Positions 1-9,559 of a stretch of DNA of 64,000 bases are shown one piece after another (position 1 is the first letter of the stretch; the number at the start of each line of letters is the position of its first letter). Both the position numbers and the translations under genes were made by a program. A model generated the notes under the pieces. The model ran no database searches and was not told the DNA's origin. It saw only the letters and a list, made by a program, of their open reading frames with translations. This DNA is from a bacterium (GTDB taxonomy: Bacteria > Bacillota > Clostridia > Oscillospirales > CAG-272). The DNA lies in the NCBI GenBank assembly GCA_963628435.1, contig CAVGEY010000002.1:73878-137877 (forward strand). Direction: 5' to 3'.

Positions 1-656
1 TTCGCACCGGTCTTTATTGCGGTGTCGGACACCTTTGTGGGTGAGGACATTTCATAGGCGAGTATGTTCTCCCAGCCGGCAGAATAGAAATACCATTTGC
101 CGTTATTGTCAATGAAGATATGTCCGTCTATCGAATGTCCGAAATTTCCGGTTACAATTTCGAACGGGCCGAGCGGCGAATCGCTCTTCAGCACATAGTG
201 ACCGTTTCCGGCAGGAGATGTCACCATGTAGAAATACCCGTTGTAATATGTAACTTCGGGAGCATACGCGCCTGTCGTTTCGGCTTCTTTGGCGCAGAGC
301 TTTTCATAAGTCCATGTTACGAGGTCGGGAGATGACCATACCTGAATACCTCTCTCTCCGTCTTTGGTGGAGCAGTAAAGGTAATATGTTCCGTTCCAAC
401 GCATTACGAACGGGTCACCGACACCGTAGTTCTGCCATGCTCTTTTGGTTTTCGGGGTTATAAGCGGGTTACTGTAGGTTTCAATACCCACGGCATCCGC
501 TGTTTTCAGAGTATTCTGCATGCTTGGATCCACAATTACATCCTCCGTTCCGGTTGTTGTCGCCTCTGTCGTCTGTCCCGGCGTTTTTGTTCCGCAGGCG
601 GCAAAAGACAAAAGCGTTGCTGCGGCAAGCAGCATTGACAATAATCTTTTTTTCAT
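1..656 (-). CDS. Glycoside hydrolase family 43-like lipoprotein (N-terminal part; C-terminus runs off the window)
   Basis: Own reverse-strand reading; not in the ORF track because it has no stop in the window. ATG at 656 gives MKKRLLSMLLAAATLLSFAAC (lipobox). GH43-like motifs follow: GDPFVMRWNGTYYLYCST, VWSSPDLVTW, AYAPEVTYYNGYFYM, IDGHIFIDNNGKWYFY. Confidence 0.8.
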   Translation of the reverse strand, partial: MKKRLLSMLLAAATLLSFAACGTKTPGQTTEATTTGTEDVIVDPSMQNTLKTADAVGIETYSNPLITPKTKRAWQNYGVGDPFVMRWNGTYYLYCSTKDGERGIQVWSSPDLVTWTYEKLCAKEAETTGAYAPEVTYYNGYFYMVTSPAGNGHYVLKSDSPLGPFEIVTGNFGHSIDGHIFIDNNGKWYFYSAGWENILAYEMSSPTKVSDTAIKTGA

Positions 657-1011
657 CTTTTTTTCCTTTCCGATCGGGCATCTCGGACGTGCGGTCTTTG
701 ACGCCGTTCTAAGAAAGCCGATTTCGACTTTTTTCTCATTTGATTATATCATACGCGCCGATATTTACAATGCAGTAAAAAGACTTACTTGTGCAGATTA
801 AAGACATTTTTTGCATTTTCGTTAGTTTCGACATTATCAGCGTTGTTTTTTTGTAGATATTGCACATACCGGTTTTTGCATTTCAAATGATTATCCGCAG
901 CTTCGTTTTATTTTTCGCTTGAATCATAAATCAACCGAGAAAAATGAAAATTGTGCATCATTCACAAAAATAAATTGCAAATTTCGGTAAATATTCAGTC
1001 ATTTAGGGGTT

Positions 1012-1040
1012 TGTAATTTCGATAAATGTATGATACAATA
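1012..1040 (+). promoter_or_regulatory. Sigma-A type promoter for the riboswitch-xpt operon
   Basis: TTGTAA (1012-1017), 17-nt spacer, TACAAT (1035-1040), about 25 nt upstream of riboswitch P1. Confidence 0.6.
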
Positions 1041-1067
1041 AAGCATCGAAAATTTCACAGCATGTTT

Positions 1068-1134
1068 CCAATATAGGTTCGAGAAAAAACGGGTCGAATG
1101 TTTCTACCGCGCCCCCTTAGGCCGCGACTATTGG
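1068..1134 (+). promoter_or_regulatory. Purine riboswitch aptamer, guanine/xanthine class
   Basis: P1 is CCAAUA...UAUUGG. P2 is a UUCGA...UCGAA hairpin. J2/3 GUUUCUACC is exactly conserved. A GC-rich P3 hairpin is followed by GACUAU, with C at the specificity position. It lies directly upstream of xpt. Confidence 0.8.
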
Positions 1135-1198
1135 TTGTAACCCCTCTCTTTTGTCAGGGGCAGCTTTGTTTTTCCGTTTTTTCCATATCTATTTCGGG

Positions 1199-1227
1199 AA
1201 CAGACTTGCGAGAGTCTGTTTTTTTGT
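1199..1227 (+). terminator. Intrinsic terminator, probable riboswitch expression platform
   Basis: Stem AACAGACU / AGUCUGUU, loop UGCGAG, then a U-run. It sits between the aptamer and the xpt RBS. An additional hairpin (CCCCU...AGGGG, 1141-1160) lies upstream. Confidence 0.7.
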
Positions 1228-1271
1228 TTTGCGAAATTTCGGAAACCGATTTGAAAGGATGGATTACGGCG

Positions 1272-1844
1272 ATGAAAGAACTTCAGGACAGAATTCTCAA
1301 AGACGGCATCGTGCTCTCCGGAAACATTCTCAAAGTCAACACCTTTTTTAATCAGCAGCTTGACACACGTCTTGTTATGAACGTGGGTCGTGAGATTGCG
1401 CGCCTTTACGCCAATGATAACATTACCAAAATAGTAACGATAGAAGCATCGGGGATCGCCATGGCTACAGCGGCAGCTGTATGTCTTGACGTCCCCGTTG
1501 TTTTTGCGAAAAAACATCAATCGGCAACTCAGGTCGGCGATATGCTGACTGCGCAGATTCTCTCGATGACGCACGGAAACAGCTACACTGCCGTTATTCC
1601 CGCATCGATGATTTCGGCCGATGACAGAGTTCTCATTGTCGATGATTTTCTTGCGAGAGGCGAGGCACTCCGCGGTCTGATATCAATGGTAAATCAGGCG
1701 GGAGCAACTCTCTGCGGATGCGCGGTCGGAATCGAGAAACGTTTTCAGAAAGGCGGAGACGACCTTCGCGCAAAAGGAATCAGAGTCGAGTCGCTTGCCT
1801 GCATTGAAGAAATGACACCCGACGGAAAAATCATTTTTTCATAA
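1272..1844 (+). CDS. xpt: Xanthine phosphoribosyltransferase
   Basis: The internal start MKELQDRILKDGIVLSGNILKVNTFFNQQ matches the Xpt N-terminus. PRPP-binding motif VLIVDDFLARGEA is present. The 1098 ORF-track start would run through the riboswitch and was rejected. Confidence 0.9.
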   Translation: MKELQDRILKDGIVLSGNILKVNTFFNQQLDTRLVMNVGREIARLYANDNITKIVTIEASGIAMATAAAVCLDVPVVFAKKHQSATQVGDMLTAQILSMTHGNSYTAVIPASMISADDRVLIVDDFLARGEALRGLISMVNQAGATLCGCAVGIEKRFQKGGDDLRAKGIRVESLACIEEMTPDGKIIFS

Positions 1845-1892
1845 CACCAAATTTGTTCCCCAAAAAAATTATATATACAAGGAGAAAAAATC

Positions 1893-3098
1893 ATGTTCAA
1901 GAAAGTTTTGTCTATCATTCTCTGCGCAGTACTGCTTGTTTCGGCAGCGGTATTCAGCACATCCTGCGGCGACAGCAGCAAAGATGACTTCAAGATCGGC
2001 GTCATCCTTCTTCATGACGAAGATTCGACCTACGACCTCAACTTCATCAATGCCGTAAAAGACGCTCAGAAGCAGCTCGGTCTCAAAGACTCACAGGTAA
2101 TTTTCAAGAGAGGCATTCCCGAAAGCAACGAATGCTACGAGGCGGCAGCCGATCTCGTAGACGAGGGATGCAAAGTAATTTTCGCAGACTCATTCGGACA
2201 TGAATCTTATATGATCAAAGCGGCAGAAAAGTTCCCCGAAGTTCAGTTCTGCCACGCAACCGGCACAAAAGCTCACACACAGGGCCTCAGCAACTATCAC
2301 AACGCATTCGCTTCCATTTATGAAGGCAGATTCCTCGCAGGCGTAGCCGCAGGTCTCAAGCTCAACGAAATGATAGCAAACGGCACAATTTCCGCAGAGA
2401 ACGCAAAGATGGGTTATGTCGGCGCATTCACATACGCAGAAGTTATTTCCGGTCTTACCTCTTTCTATCTCGGCGCAAAATATGTTTGCCCGTCTGTAAC
2501 AATGGACGTTCAGTTCACCGGCTCCTGGTATGACGAAGCATCCGAAAAGAACACCGCACTTTCTCTCATCAACGGCGGCTGCGCTCTTATCAGCCAGCAC
2601 GCAGACTCGATGGGCGCTCCTTCGGCATGTGAAGAAAAGAGCGTTCCGAACGTATCTTACAACGGCTCTACCGAATCCTCCTGCCCCAATACATTCATCG
2701 TTTCTTCCAAGATTGACTGGGCTCCTTACATCAAGTACATCTGCGAATGCACAATGAACGGCACCGCAATCGACACCGACTGGTGCGGCACACTTGCAAC
2801 AGGCTCGGTTAAACTTTCCGACCTCGGCGCAAAAGCAACAGCAGACGGCACAGCCGAAAAGCTCGAAGAAGTCAAGGCAGCTCTTGAAGCAGGCACACTT
2901 CATGTATTCGACACGGCAACATTCACCGTAAACGGCGAGACAGTCACCACATACACCGCAGACGTTGACGACATGGGCGACTATGTAGGCGACACCGAAG
3001 TAATTAAAGACGGCTACTTCCACGAATCCGAGTACCGTTCGGCTCCTTACTTCGATCTCAGAATCGACGGCATCAACTTCCTGAACGAAAAATACTGA
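1893..3098 (+). CDS. BMP-family (PnrA/NupN-like) ABC transporter substrate-binding lipoprotein
   Basis: Signal peptide plus lipobox (FSTSCGD). BMP-family pattern FKIGVILLHDE...YDLNF. AAGGAG RBS. First gene of the ABC module. Confidence 0.85.
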   Translation: MFKKVLSIILCAVLLVSAAVFSTSCGDSSKDDFKIGVILLHDEDSTYDLNFINAVKDAQKQLGLKDSQVIFKRGIPESNECYEAAADLVDEGCKVIFADSFGHESYMIKAAEKFPEVQFCHATGTKAHTQGLSNYHNAFASIYEGRFLAGVAAGLKLNEMIANGTISAENAKMGYVGAFTYAEVISGLTSFYLGAKYVCPSVTMDVQFTGSWYDEASEKNTALSLINGGCALISQHADSMGAPSACEEKSVPNVSYNGSTESSCPNTFIVSSKIDWAPYIKYICECTMNGTAIDTDWCGTLATGSVKLSDLGAKATADGTAEKLEEVKAALEAGTLHVFDTATFTVNGETVTTYTADVDDMGDYVGDTEVIKDGYFHESEYRSAPYFDLRIDGINFLNEKY

Positions 3099-3233
3099 TT
3101 TTTATAAAAAAGCATAAAATGGGCGGAGATTATTCTCCGTCCACTTTTGCCTATATTTCGGCGTTACTTATCACTCTGTTTTGAAAAAATTCTGTTTATT
3201 TTACCATATTTTACGCATACCGAGGAGGTTATT

Positions 3234-4994
3234 GTGAGCGAACCGATTTTTAACGAAATTTCCGAAAGTTCCGCCCCGAAAAAAGACGCCGTTCTTGAGA
3301 TGAGAAACATAACGAAAACCTTCGGGAGTATAACAGCCAACAAAAATGTCGACCTCACGGTTTACCGGGGCGAAATACTTGCCATTCTCGGAGAAAACGG
3401 AAGCGGCAAGACCACTCTCATGAACATGATTTCGGGAATATATTATCCCGACGGCGGCACAATTTATATTAACGGCGAAGAAACTGTCATAAAATCGCCG
3501 AAAGACGCATTCAGACACAAAATCGGCATGATACATCAGCATTTCAAACTTGTGGACGTATTTACCGCGAGCGAAAATATCGTGCTCGGTGTCGATGACG
3601 ACAAAAGATACAACATAAAAGAAGTAAACGAAAACGTAGGCAAAATTGCCGAAAGATACGGCTTCAATATCGACCCCAAGAAAAAAATCCACGAAATGTC
3701 GGTATCCGAGAAGCAGACGGTCGAAATAATCAAGGTGCTCTACCGCGGTGCCGATATTCTTATTCTCGACGAGCCGACAGCCGTTCTCACTCCGCAGGAA
3801 ACCGACAGACTTTTCGAAGTTCTGAAAAAGATGCGCAAAGACGGCAAATCGATTATCATAATTACCCACAAACTGCACGAGGTTCTTGCGATATCCGACA
3901 GAGTCGCGGTGCTCAGAAAAGGCGAACACATAGCGACCGTCAACACTGCCGAGACGAACGAATCCGAACTTACCGAAATGATGGTAGGCAAGAAGGTTTC
4001 TCTCAACATAGAGCGCACCGAGCCGAAAAATCCCGAGCTGAGGCTTGACATTCGCGGACTTTGCAACAGAGATTCGGACGGAATCGAGATGCTCAAAAAC
4101 ATTTCGTTCAAAGCCTATTCGGGAGAAATTCTCGGAATCGCCGGTATTGCGGGAAGCGGTCAGCGCGAACTGCTCGAGGCGATAGCCGGACTGCAGCATC
4201 TTGACGGCGGCGACATCATATTCCATAACCCCAAGAAAAACAAGCCGGTAACATTTTTCCACAAGGATATGCGCAGAGTGAAAGAGCTTGCCGCAAAGGG
4301 AGCATTTCACTATGAAGACGGAAGTCCGGTCAGCTTTACCGGAATGAGCAACAAAAAAATCCGCGAGCTCGTAAACGCCGGCAAGATACTCTTCAATGAG
4401 GACGAAATAATCGATCTCAGAAACAAAACTCCGCTGCAAATCAAGGAGCTCGGAATACGTCTGTCATTTGTTCCCGAAGACCGTCTCGGTATGGGACTTG
4501 TAGGCAACATGGACATCGTTGACAACATGATGCTGAGAAGCTATCGGAAGGGCAAATCGATTTTTGTCGACAGAAGCAAGCCCGACACGCTGGCAAACGA
4601 GATTATCGAAGAACTTGACGTTGTTACTCCCTCCGCACACACTCCGGTGCGCAGACTTTCGGGCGGAAATGTCCAGAAAGTTCTTGTCGGACGCGAAATC
4701 GCGGTTGCTCCGAAGGTTCTCATGGTGGCATATCCCGTTCGCGGACTTGACATCAACTCATCCTATATGATATACAATCTTCTGAACAAGCAGAAGGAAA
4801 ACGGTGTTACAATCATTTTTGTCGGCGAGGATCTCGACGTTCTCTCCGAACTCTGCGACAGAATTCTTATTCTCAATTCGGGCAGAATAATGGATATAGT
4901 CGACGGCAGAAAGGCAAAAAAAGAAGAGATCGGTTTTCTCATGACCAAAACCGATACTACCGAGAAGGAGGCGGAAGAAAATGGAAACAACTGA
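3234..4994 (+). CDS. ABC transporter ATP-binding protein with duplicated NBDs (NupO/RbsA-like)
   Basis: GTG start 5 nt after GAGGAGG. Two Walker A motifs (GENGSGKTT, GIAGSGQRE), signature LSGGNVQK, Walker B ILILDEPT. The second NBD carries an insertion. Confidence 0.9.
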   Translation: MSEPIFNEISESSAPKKDAVLEMRNITKTFGSITANKNVDLTVYRGEILAILGENGSGKTTLMNMISGIYYPDGGTIYINGEETVIKSPKDAFRHKIGMIHQHFKLVDVFTASENIVLGVDDDKRYNIKEVNENVGKIAERYGFNIDPKKKIHEMSVSEKQTVEIIKVLYRGADILILDEPTAVLTPQETDRLFEVLKKMRKDGKSIIIITHKLHEVLAISDRVAVLRKGEHIATVNTAETNESELTEMMVGKKVSLNIERTEPKNPELRLDIRGLCNRDSDGIEMLKNISFKAYSGEILGIAGIAGSGQRELLEAIAGLQHLDGGDIIFHNPKKNKPVTFFHKDMRRVKELAAKGAFHYEDGSPVSFTGMSNKKIRELVNAGKILFNEDEIIDLRNKTPLQIKELGIRLSFVPEDRLGMGLVGNMDIVDNMMLRSYRKGKSIFVDRSKPDTLANEIIEELDVVTPSAHTPVRRLSGGNVQKVLVGREIAVAPKVLMVAYPVRGLDINSSYMIYNLLNKQKENGVTIIFVGEDLDVLSELCDRILILNSGRIMDIVDGRKAKKEEIGFLMTKTDTTEKEAEENGNN

Positions 4995-6072
4995 AAGTAA
5001 AGTGCGTGAGCCTCTTTTTCACATATCGAAGCGCGCATATCTTCCGTGGCAGAAGGCATGGCTCATACGTATTATCGCCATACTTGCCGCATTTCTTATA
5101 TGCGGACTGCTCTCTTACATAGTTATCGGAGCGTCTCCGCTTGATTTCTATTCGGCACTTTTTAAGGGTTCACTCGGCTCGGAACGCAAAATATGGAAGT
5201 TTTTGAAGGACGGCGCCGTTCTTCTCTGCATTTCGCTTGCCGTAACTCCCGCATTCAAGATGAAATTCTGGAACACGGGTGCGGAAGGTCAGGCACTTAT
5301 GGGTGCGCTTGCGACCGCCGCCTGCATGTTCTACCTCGGCGGAAAAGTTCCGGACTCTCTGCTTATTGTGATTATGTTTGCGGCGGCGGTCATCGTCGGA
5401 AGCATTTGGGGCACAATCCCCGCAATATTCAAGGCAATCTGGGGTACAAACGAAACGCTTTTCACTCTTATGATGAACTATGTTGCCACCTGCATAGTTT
5501 CCTACTGTCTGATTGTCTGGACGCCGAACGGTTCGAGTTCTCTCGGCATTCTTCCGAACGGTCATCTTCCGATAATCGGAAACGAATATCTGCTTATAAT
5601 TCTCATAACCGTTCTTCTCGCCTTTATGATGCATATTTACCTCTCATACAGCAAGCACGGATATGAAATATCGGTAGTCGGTGAGAGCTACAAGACAGCA
5701 TGCTACATAGGAATAGAAGTAAAAAAGGTCATTATCCGTACCATGATTCTTTCGGGTGCGCTCTGCGGTCTTGCCGGATTTCTGATTGTAAGCGGTCTTG
5801 ACCACTCGGTAACTACCGAAACAATCGGCGGAGAAGGATTTACCGCAATCATGGTGTCATGGCTCGCAAAATTCAATCCGATACTTATGATGCTGACATC
5901 GCTGTTTATCGTATTTTTAAGTCAGGGCGCATCTCAGGTTTCGCAGAATTTCGATGTCAGCCCCGCATTCCCCGATATGGTTGTCGGTATTATCCTCTTC
6001 TTCATAATCGGATGCGAATTTTTCATCGAATACAAGGTCAACTTCCGTTCGAACAAAAAGGGAGGTAAATGA
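4981..6072 (+). CDS. ABC transporter permease (NupP/YufP-like)
   Basis: Polytopic membrane protein. Overlaps the ATPase stop by 14 nt, suggesting translational coupling. Confidence 0.85.
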   Translation: METTESKVREPLFHISKRAYLPWQKAWLIRIIAILAAFLICGLLSYIVIGASPLDFYSALFKGSLGSERKIWKFLKDGAVLLCISLAVTPAFKMKFWNTGAEGQALMGALATAACMFYLGGKVPDSLLIVIMFAAAVIVGSIWGTIPAIFKAIWGTNETLFTLMMNYVATCIVSYCLIVWTPNGSSSLGILPNGHLPIIGNEYLLIILITVLLAFMMHIYLSYSKHGYEISVVGESYKTACYIGIEVKKVIIRTMILSGALCGLAGFLIVSGLDHSVTTETIGGEGFTAIMVSWLAKFNPILMMLTSLFIVFLSQGASQVSQNFDVSPAFPDMVVGIILFFIIGCEFFIEYKVNFRSNKKGGK

Positions 6073-7043
6073 TAATGGATAAACTGATAAATTATCTTCT
6101 GAGCGCAATTCCTCTCGGAATGACATTTCTGTACGGCTCCACAGGCGAAATCATAACCGAAAAAGCAGGTCATCTGAATCTCGGCCTCCCCGGCATAATG
6201 TGCGTCGGAGCGGCAGGCGGATGTCTTTCGCTTCAGCTGATGTCAAGCAATGCCGCAATTCCGGGTGCCGTGGTAGTGGCAGTCGCCATTCTCGCATCTT
6301 TTCTCTCTGCGGCATTTACGGGATTAATATACAGCTTTCTCACGGTATCGCTTCACGCGAATCAGAATGTAACCGGTCTTGCCCTTACGACATTCGGTGT
6401 CGGAACAATGAAGTTTATCATGTCGAAAATCACGGTAATGGCATCCGAAACCGACACGAGATATCTGTATGCGCTTAAATACTTCCGCTTCCCTTTTGCG
6501 GACAGCGCAACATTCAAATACTGCGGCGTTATGGTCTTTCTGGCGGTAGCGATTGCTCTTTTGACATCTTTTGTCCTTAACAGAACAAGGGTGGGACTCT
6601 TTCTGAGAGCGGTCGGTGAAAATCCCGCGACAGCAGATGCTATGGGCATCAACGTAACCGCCTACAAATATACGGCAACACTTATAGGAAGCGGCATTGC
6701 GGGACTCGGCGGTCTGTTCTACATCATGGACTATGCGGGCTCGCAGGAGGCTTATCTCGGCATTTCGGCGCTCGGATGGCTTTCAATCGCACTCGTGATT
6801 TTCACGGTCTGGAAGCCTGCCGTAAGTATCTTCGGTTCATCGCTTTTCGGAATGCTTTATGTTGCCGGATCGTATATACCCAGCATAAAGTTTCTCCATG
6901 TCAGCATGGCGGCGACTCCGATTCTCGAAATGCTCCCGTACGTCGTAACCATAATCGTACTTATCATAACAAGCGCGGCAAAGAAAAAAGAAAATCAGCC
7001 GCCCGCATCACTCGGTCTTTCCTACTTCCGTGAGGAAAGATAA
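6069..7043 (+). CDS. ABC transporter permease (NupQ/YufQ-like)
   Basis: Polytopic membrane protein with a 4-nt ATGA overlap onto the previous permease. Alternative start at 6075. Confidence 0.85.
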   Translation: MIMDKLINYLLSAIPLGMTFLYGSTGEIITEKAGHLNLGLPGIMCVGAAGGCLSLQLMSSNAAIPGAVVVAVAILASFLSAAFTGLIYSFLTVSLHANQNVTGLALTTFGVGTMKFIMSKITVMASETDTRYLYALKYFRFPFADSATFKYCGVMVFLAVAIALLTSFVLNRTRVGLFLRAVGENPATADAMGINVTAYKYTATLIGSGIAGLGGLFYIMDYAGSQEAYLGISALGWLSIALVIFTVWKPAVSIFGSSLFGMLYVAGSYIPSIKFLHVSMAATPILEMLPYVVTIIVLIITSAAKKKENQPPASLGLSYFREER

Positions 7044-7064
7044 ACGTAATTTATCCGCAGCTAA

Positions 7065-7106
7065 AATCTGTCGGAGCATAAACTGCTCCGACAGATTTTT
7101 TCTTTT
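7065..7106 (+). terminator. Intrinsic terminator ending the xpt-ABC operon
   Basis: 12-bp stem ATCTGTCGGAGC / GCTCCGACAGAT followed by a T-run. Confidence 0.85.
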
Positions 7107-7179
7107 TCGGGCAGAACCGTTGATTGTTAACTTACCTTGCGGAATTTGTTACAATAATACGAAATTATCGGGTTATATA

Positions 7180-7208
7180 TTGACTTTCAAAGCAAAGAAG
7201 AGTATAAT
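7180..7208 (+). promoter_or_regulatory. Consensus sigma-A promoter upstream of the SDR gene
   Basis: TTGACT, 17 nt, TATAAT. Confidence 0.7.
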
Positions 7209-7261
7209 ATAGATTGTATTAGATACATTATATACCGATATGGTATAGAGGAGGATTTGAC

Positions 7262-8062
7262 ATGGGATTTTTAGAAGGTAAAGTCGCCATTATCACAGGC
7301 GGCGGCAGAGCGGTACTCAGCGACGGCAGCTGCGGATCAATCGGCTACGGCATCGCAACCGCATACGCAAAAGAAGGAGCAAATCTTGTTATCACCGGAC
7401 GTAATGTGAAGAAGCTCGAAGAAGCAAAAGAAGAGCTCGAAAGACTTTACGGCATCAAGGTTCTGCCCGTTCAGGCAGATGTTTGCTCGGGTACCGACAA
7501 CGAGGCTACCGTTGCAAATGTTGTAAAGCAGGCAGTAGACACATTCGGCCGCATTGATGTGCTTATCAACAATGCTCAGGCATCCGCATCGGGTGTTACA
7601 CTCGCAAATCACACCACAGAGCAGTTTGATCTTGCTCTTTACTCCGGCCTTTACGCCGCTTTCTACTATATGAAGGCTTGCTATCCTTATCTTAAGGAAA
7701 CAAAGGGCTCGGTTATCAACTTCGCATCCGGCGCAGGTCTTTTCGGTAACTTCGGTCAGTGCGCATACGCAGCAGCAAAAGAAGGTATCCGCGGACTTTC
7801 AAGAGTTGCCGCAACCGAATGGGGCAGAGACGGCATCAATGTCAACATCGTATGCCCGCTTGCATGGACCGCACAGCTCGAAAAATTCGAGCAGGCATAT
7901 CCCGATGCATTCAAGGCGAATGTCAAGATGCCTCCTATGGGACATTACGGAAATGTCGAGACCGAAATCGGACGTGTATGCGTACAGCTCGCATCTCCCG
8001 ATTTCAAGTATATGAGCGGCGAGACCATTACGCTTGAAGGCGGCATGGGTCAGCGTCCTTAA
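7262..8062 (+). CDS. SDR-family oxidoreductase
   Basis: Gly-rich loop TGGGRAVLSDGSCGSIGYGIA (with insertion), NNAQ, catalytic YAAAK. GAGGAGG RBS. Confidence 0.85.
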   Translation: MGFLEGKVAIITGGGRAVLSDGSCGSIGYGIATAYAKEGANLVITGRNVKKLEEAKEELERLYGIKVLPVQADVCSGTDNEATVANVVKQAVDTFGRIDVLINNAQASASGVTLANHTTEQFDLALYSGLYAAFYYMKACYPYLKETKGSVINFASGAGLFGNFGQCAYAAAKEGIRGLSRVAATEWGRDGINVNIVCPLAWTAQLEKFEQAYPDAFKANVKMPPMGHYGNVETEIGRVCVQLASPDFKYMSGETITLEGGMGQRP

Positions 8063-8078
8063 TCGGTTTCCGATTATC

Positions 8079-8116
8079 AAAAAAGCAGTCACACGGCTAC
8101 CGTGTGACTGCTTTTT
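8079..8116. terminator. Bidirectional intrinsic terminator
   Basis: Stem GCAGTCACACGG / CGTGTGACTGC, flanked by an A-run and a T-run, between convergent genes. Confidence 0.85.
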
Positions 8117-8141
8117 ATGATATGTCGGAACATCGTTTTCA

Positions 8142-8549
8142 TCATATTATATTCTTTTTTCTCAGCTTTCCGACGATACCGACAACAATAAGAGATCCTA
8201 CGGAGAAGGTACAGAGGGCAATCAGCAGCATTGTTCCGGTACCGATTTCGGGCAGATCGTCATTGCCGGACGATTCGGACGGTGCCGCCGTCGTAATCTC
8301 GGCTGCCGTTTTTTCATCGGATGAGGTTATTTTCGGCTCTTTTGCCGATTTTTCAACTGCATTTTCCCCGATTGCCGACAGATTTTCGTGAAAATCGCAT
8401 ATTTGCGTCTGATATGCGTTTGTTATATGAGCATCCGCACAGTCGGCATACGAAAAGAGTCCGAAAGCCCGCGCGGAAAGAGCAACAGTAAGGAAAAGAA
8501 CGGTAAACACAAATACTGCTTTTTTCACTGCCATGACCATGTCCTTCAT
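8142..8549 (-). CDS. Small secreted, possibly cell-wall-anchored protein
   Basis: N-terminal signal peptide, low-complexity acidic/Ser-rich middle. The C-terminus is LPEIGTG, then a hydrophobic helix, then a KLRKKN tail. Confidence 0.55.
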   Translation of the reverse strand: MKDMVMAVKKAVFVFTVLFLTVALSARAFGLFSYADCADAHITNAYQTQICDFHENLSAIGENAVEKSAKEPKITSSDEKTAAEITTAAPSESSGNDDLPEIGTGTMLLIALCTFSVGSLIVVGIVGKLRKKNII

Positions 8550-8834
8550 TTGATTTCAAATCAAATATATCATAGCCGTTACGGTTTGTCAATACGGGCA
8601 TCTGATTTGCACACAAATCTGCTGATTCACGCAACCGGATTTGATGTTCATATTTCTTACCCGTTGATTTGTGCGGCATTGTTTTATTCTCGATCGGTAT
8701 ATGATAGTAAAAAACGCGCCCCCTGACTGAAAGTTCGGAAATTTATCGTCTTAAATATTGATATTTATTCGATATTATGGTATAGTCATATTACGGAGAA
8801 TATACAAAGAAAAAACAAATCGGAAAGAGTTATT

Positions 8835-9167
8835 ATGAGCATTTTCTCATTTTTTAATCGAAAGCCCAAAGAAGGAAGCATCGCTTTTCGAACCCAAATG
8901 GCCGAAAAAATATCGGGAAAACACATCAAATATGTAACCGAGCGGATAGACAACGAGGACATCGTAATCGGAAAAGAAGGATCTGTTTGTCTGCGTGACG
9001 ATGAAATAATCGTATATGCGTCAATGGATGTGCTTTTCCGCTGTCCGGTCGCCGAACTCACGGCATCCGAACTTATGAGCCATGACGGCGTAATTCTCTC
9101 GGGTCCCGACGGCGAACACGGCGGCAGGCAGCGCACGGTAATCGCGTATTACTTATATTACAGATAG
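8835..9167 (+). CDS. Hypothetical protein (110 aa)
   Basis: Clean ORF with an upstream TTGATA-17-TATAGT promoter (8758-8786). No motif recognised. Confidence 0.5.
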   Translation: MSIFSFFNRKPKEGSIAFRTQMAEKISGKHIKYVTERIDNEDIVIGKEGSVCLRDDEIIVYASMDVLFRCPVAELTASELMSHDGVILSGPDGEHGGRQRTVIAYYLYYR

Positions 9168-9286
9168 AAGACGCCGCATTCCTTCAAATTTACTATTGCA
9201 AATTTCAGAGAAATATATTATAATAACCGAAAGAGCGATGCGCCGCACCGCTCAAATTATCGGACATACCAAAAGGAGGAACTATA

Positions 9287-9553
9287 ATGGCAAACGATCG
9301 AAACGGAGAACAGAGAACAATCGTTATTCCGTCAATGGACGACAAGGATGCGCATGTTCGCGCTATCTTATCCGAGGTTTATGCCGCACTTCGTGCGAAA
9401 GGATATAATCCGGTAAATCAGATTGTCGGTTATATTCTCTCCGGAGATCCGACATATATTACAAATTATCAGTCCGCACGCAGCCTTATCTGCAAAATAG
9501 AGCGAGATGATCTTCTGACTGTTCTGCTGACCGATTTTCTCGAAAAAGGATGA
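9287..9553 (+). CDS. ireB: IreB-family regulatory phosphoprotein (UPF0297)
   Basis: 88 aa. [19 protein letters not shown] is characteristic of the UPF0297/IreB family. AAGGAGG RBS and a TTGCAA-17-TATAAT promoter at 9196-9224. Confidence 0.8.
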   Translation: MANDRNGEQRTIVIPSMDDKDAHVRAILSEVYAALRAKGYNPVNQIVGYILSGDPTYITNYQSARSLICKIERDDLLTVLLTDFLEKG

Positions 9554-9559
9554 TAATGC

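Noticed and set aside
1098-1271. N-terminal extension of xpt suggested by the ORF track (start at 1098).
   Set aside because: The extension would translate through the purine riboswitch and its terminator. The conserved Xpt N-terminus starts at 1272 with a proper RBS.
3201-4439. Very long antisense ORFs opposite real genes. Examples: 3201-4439 (412 aa), 2190-3023, 12610-13398, 16040-16726, 18311-19132, 21092-21817, 24101-24868, 24872-25534, 25531-26142, 30396-31253, 45054-46067, 58408-59088, 61628-62266.
   Set aside because: Each lies fully opposite a gene with strong family motifs. Their translations are low-complexity, Arg/Cys/Phe-rich and motif-free, and they lack RBSs. Such shadow ORFs are expected from codon bias on the sense strand.
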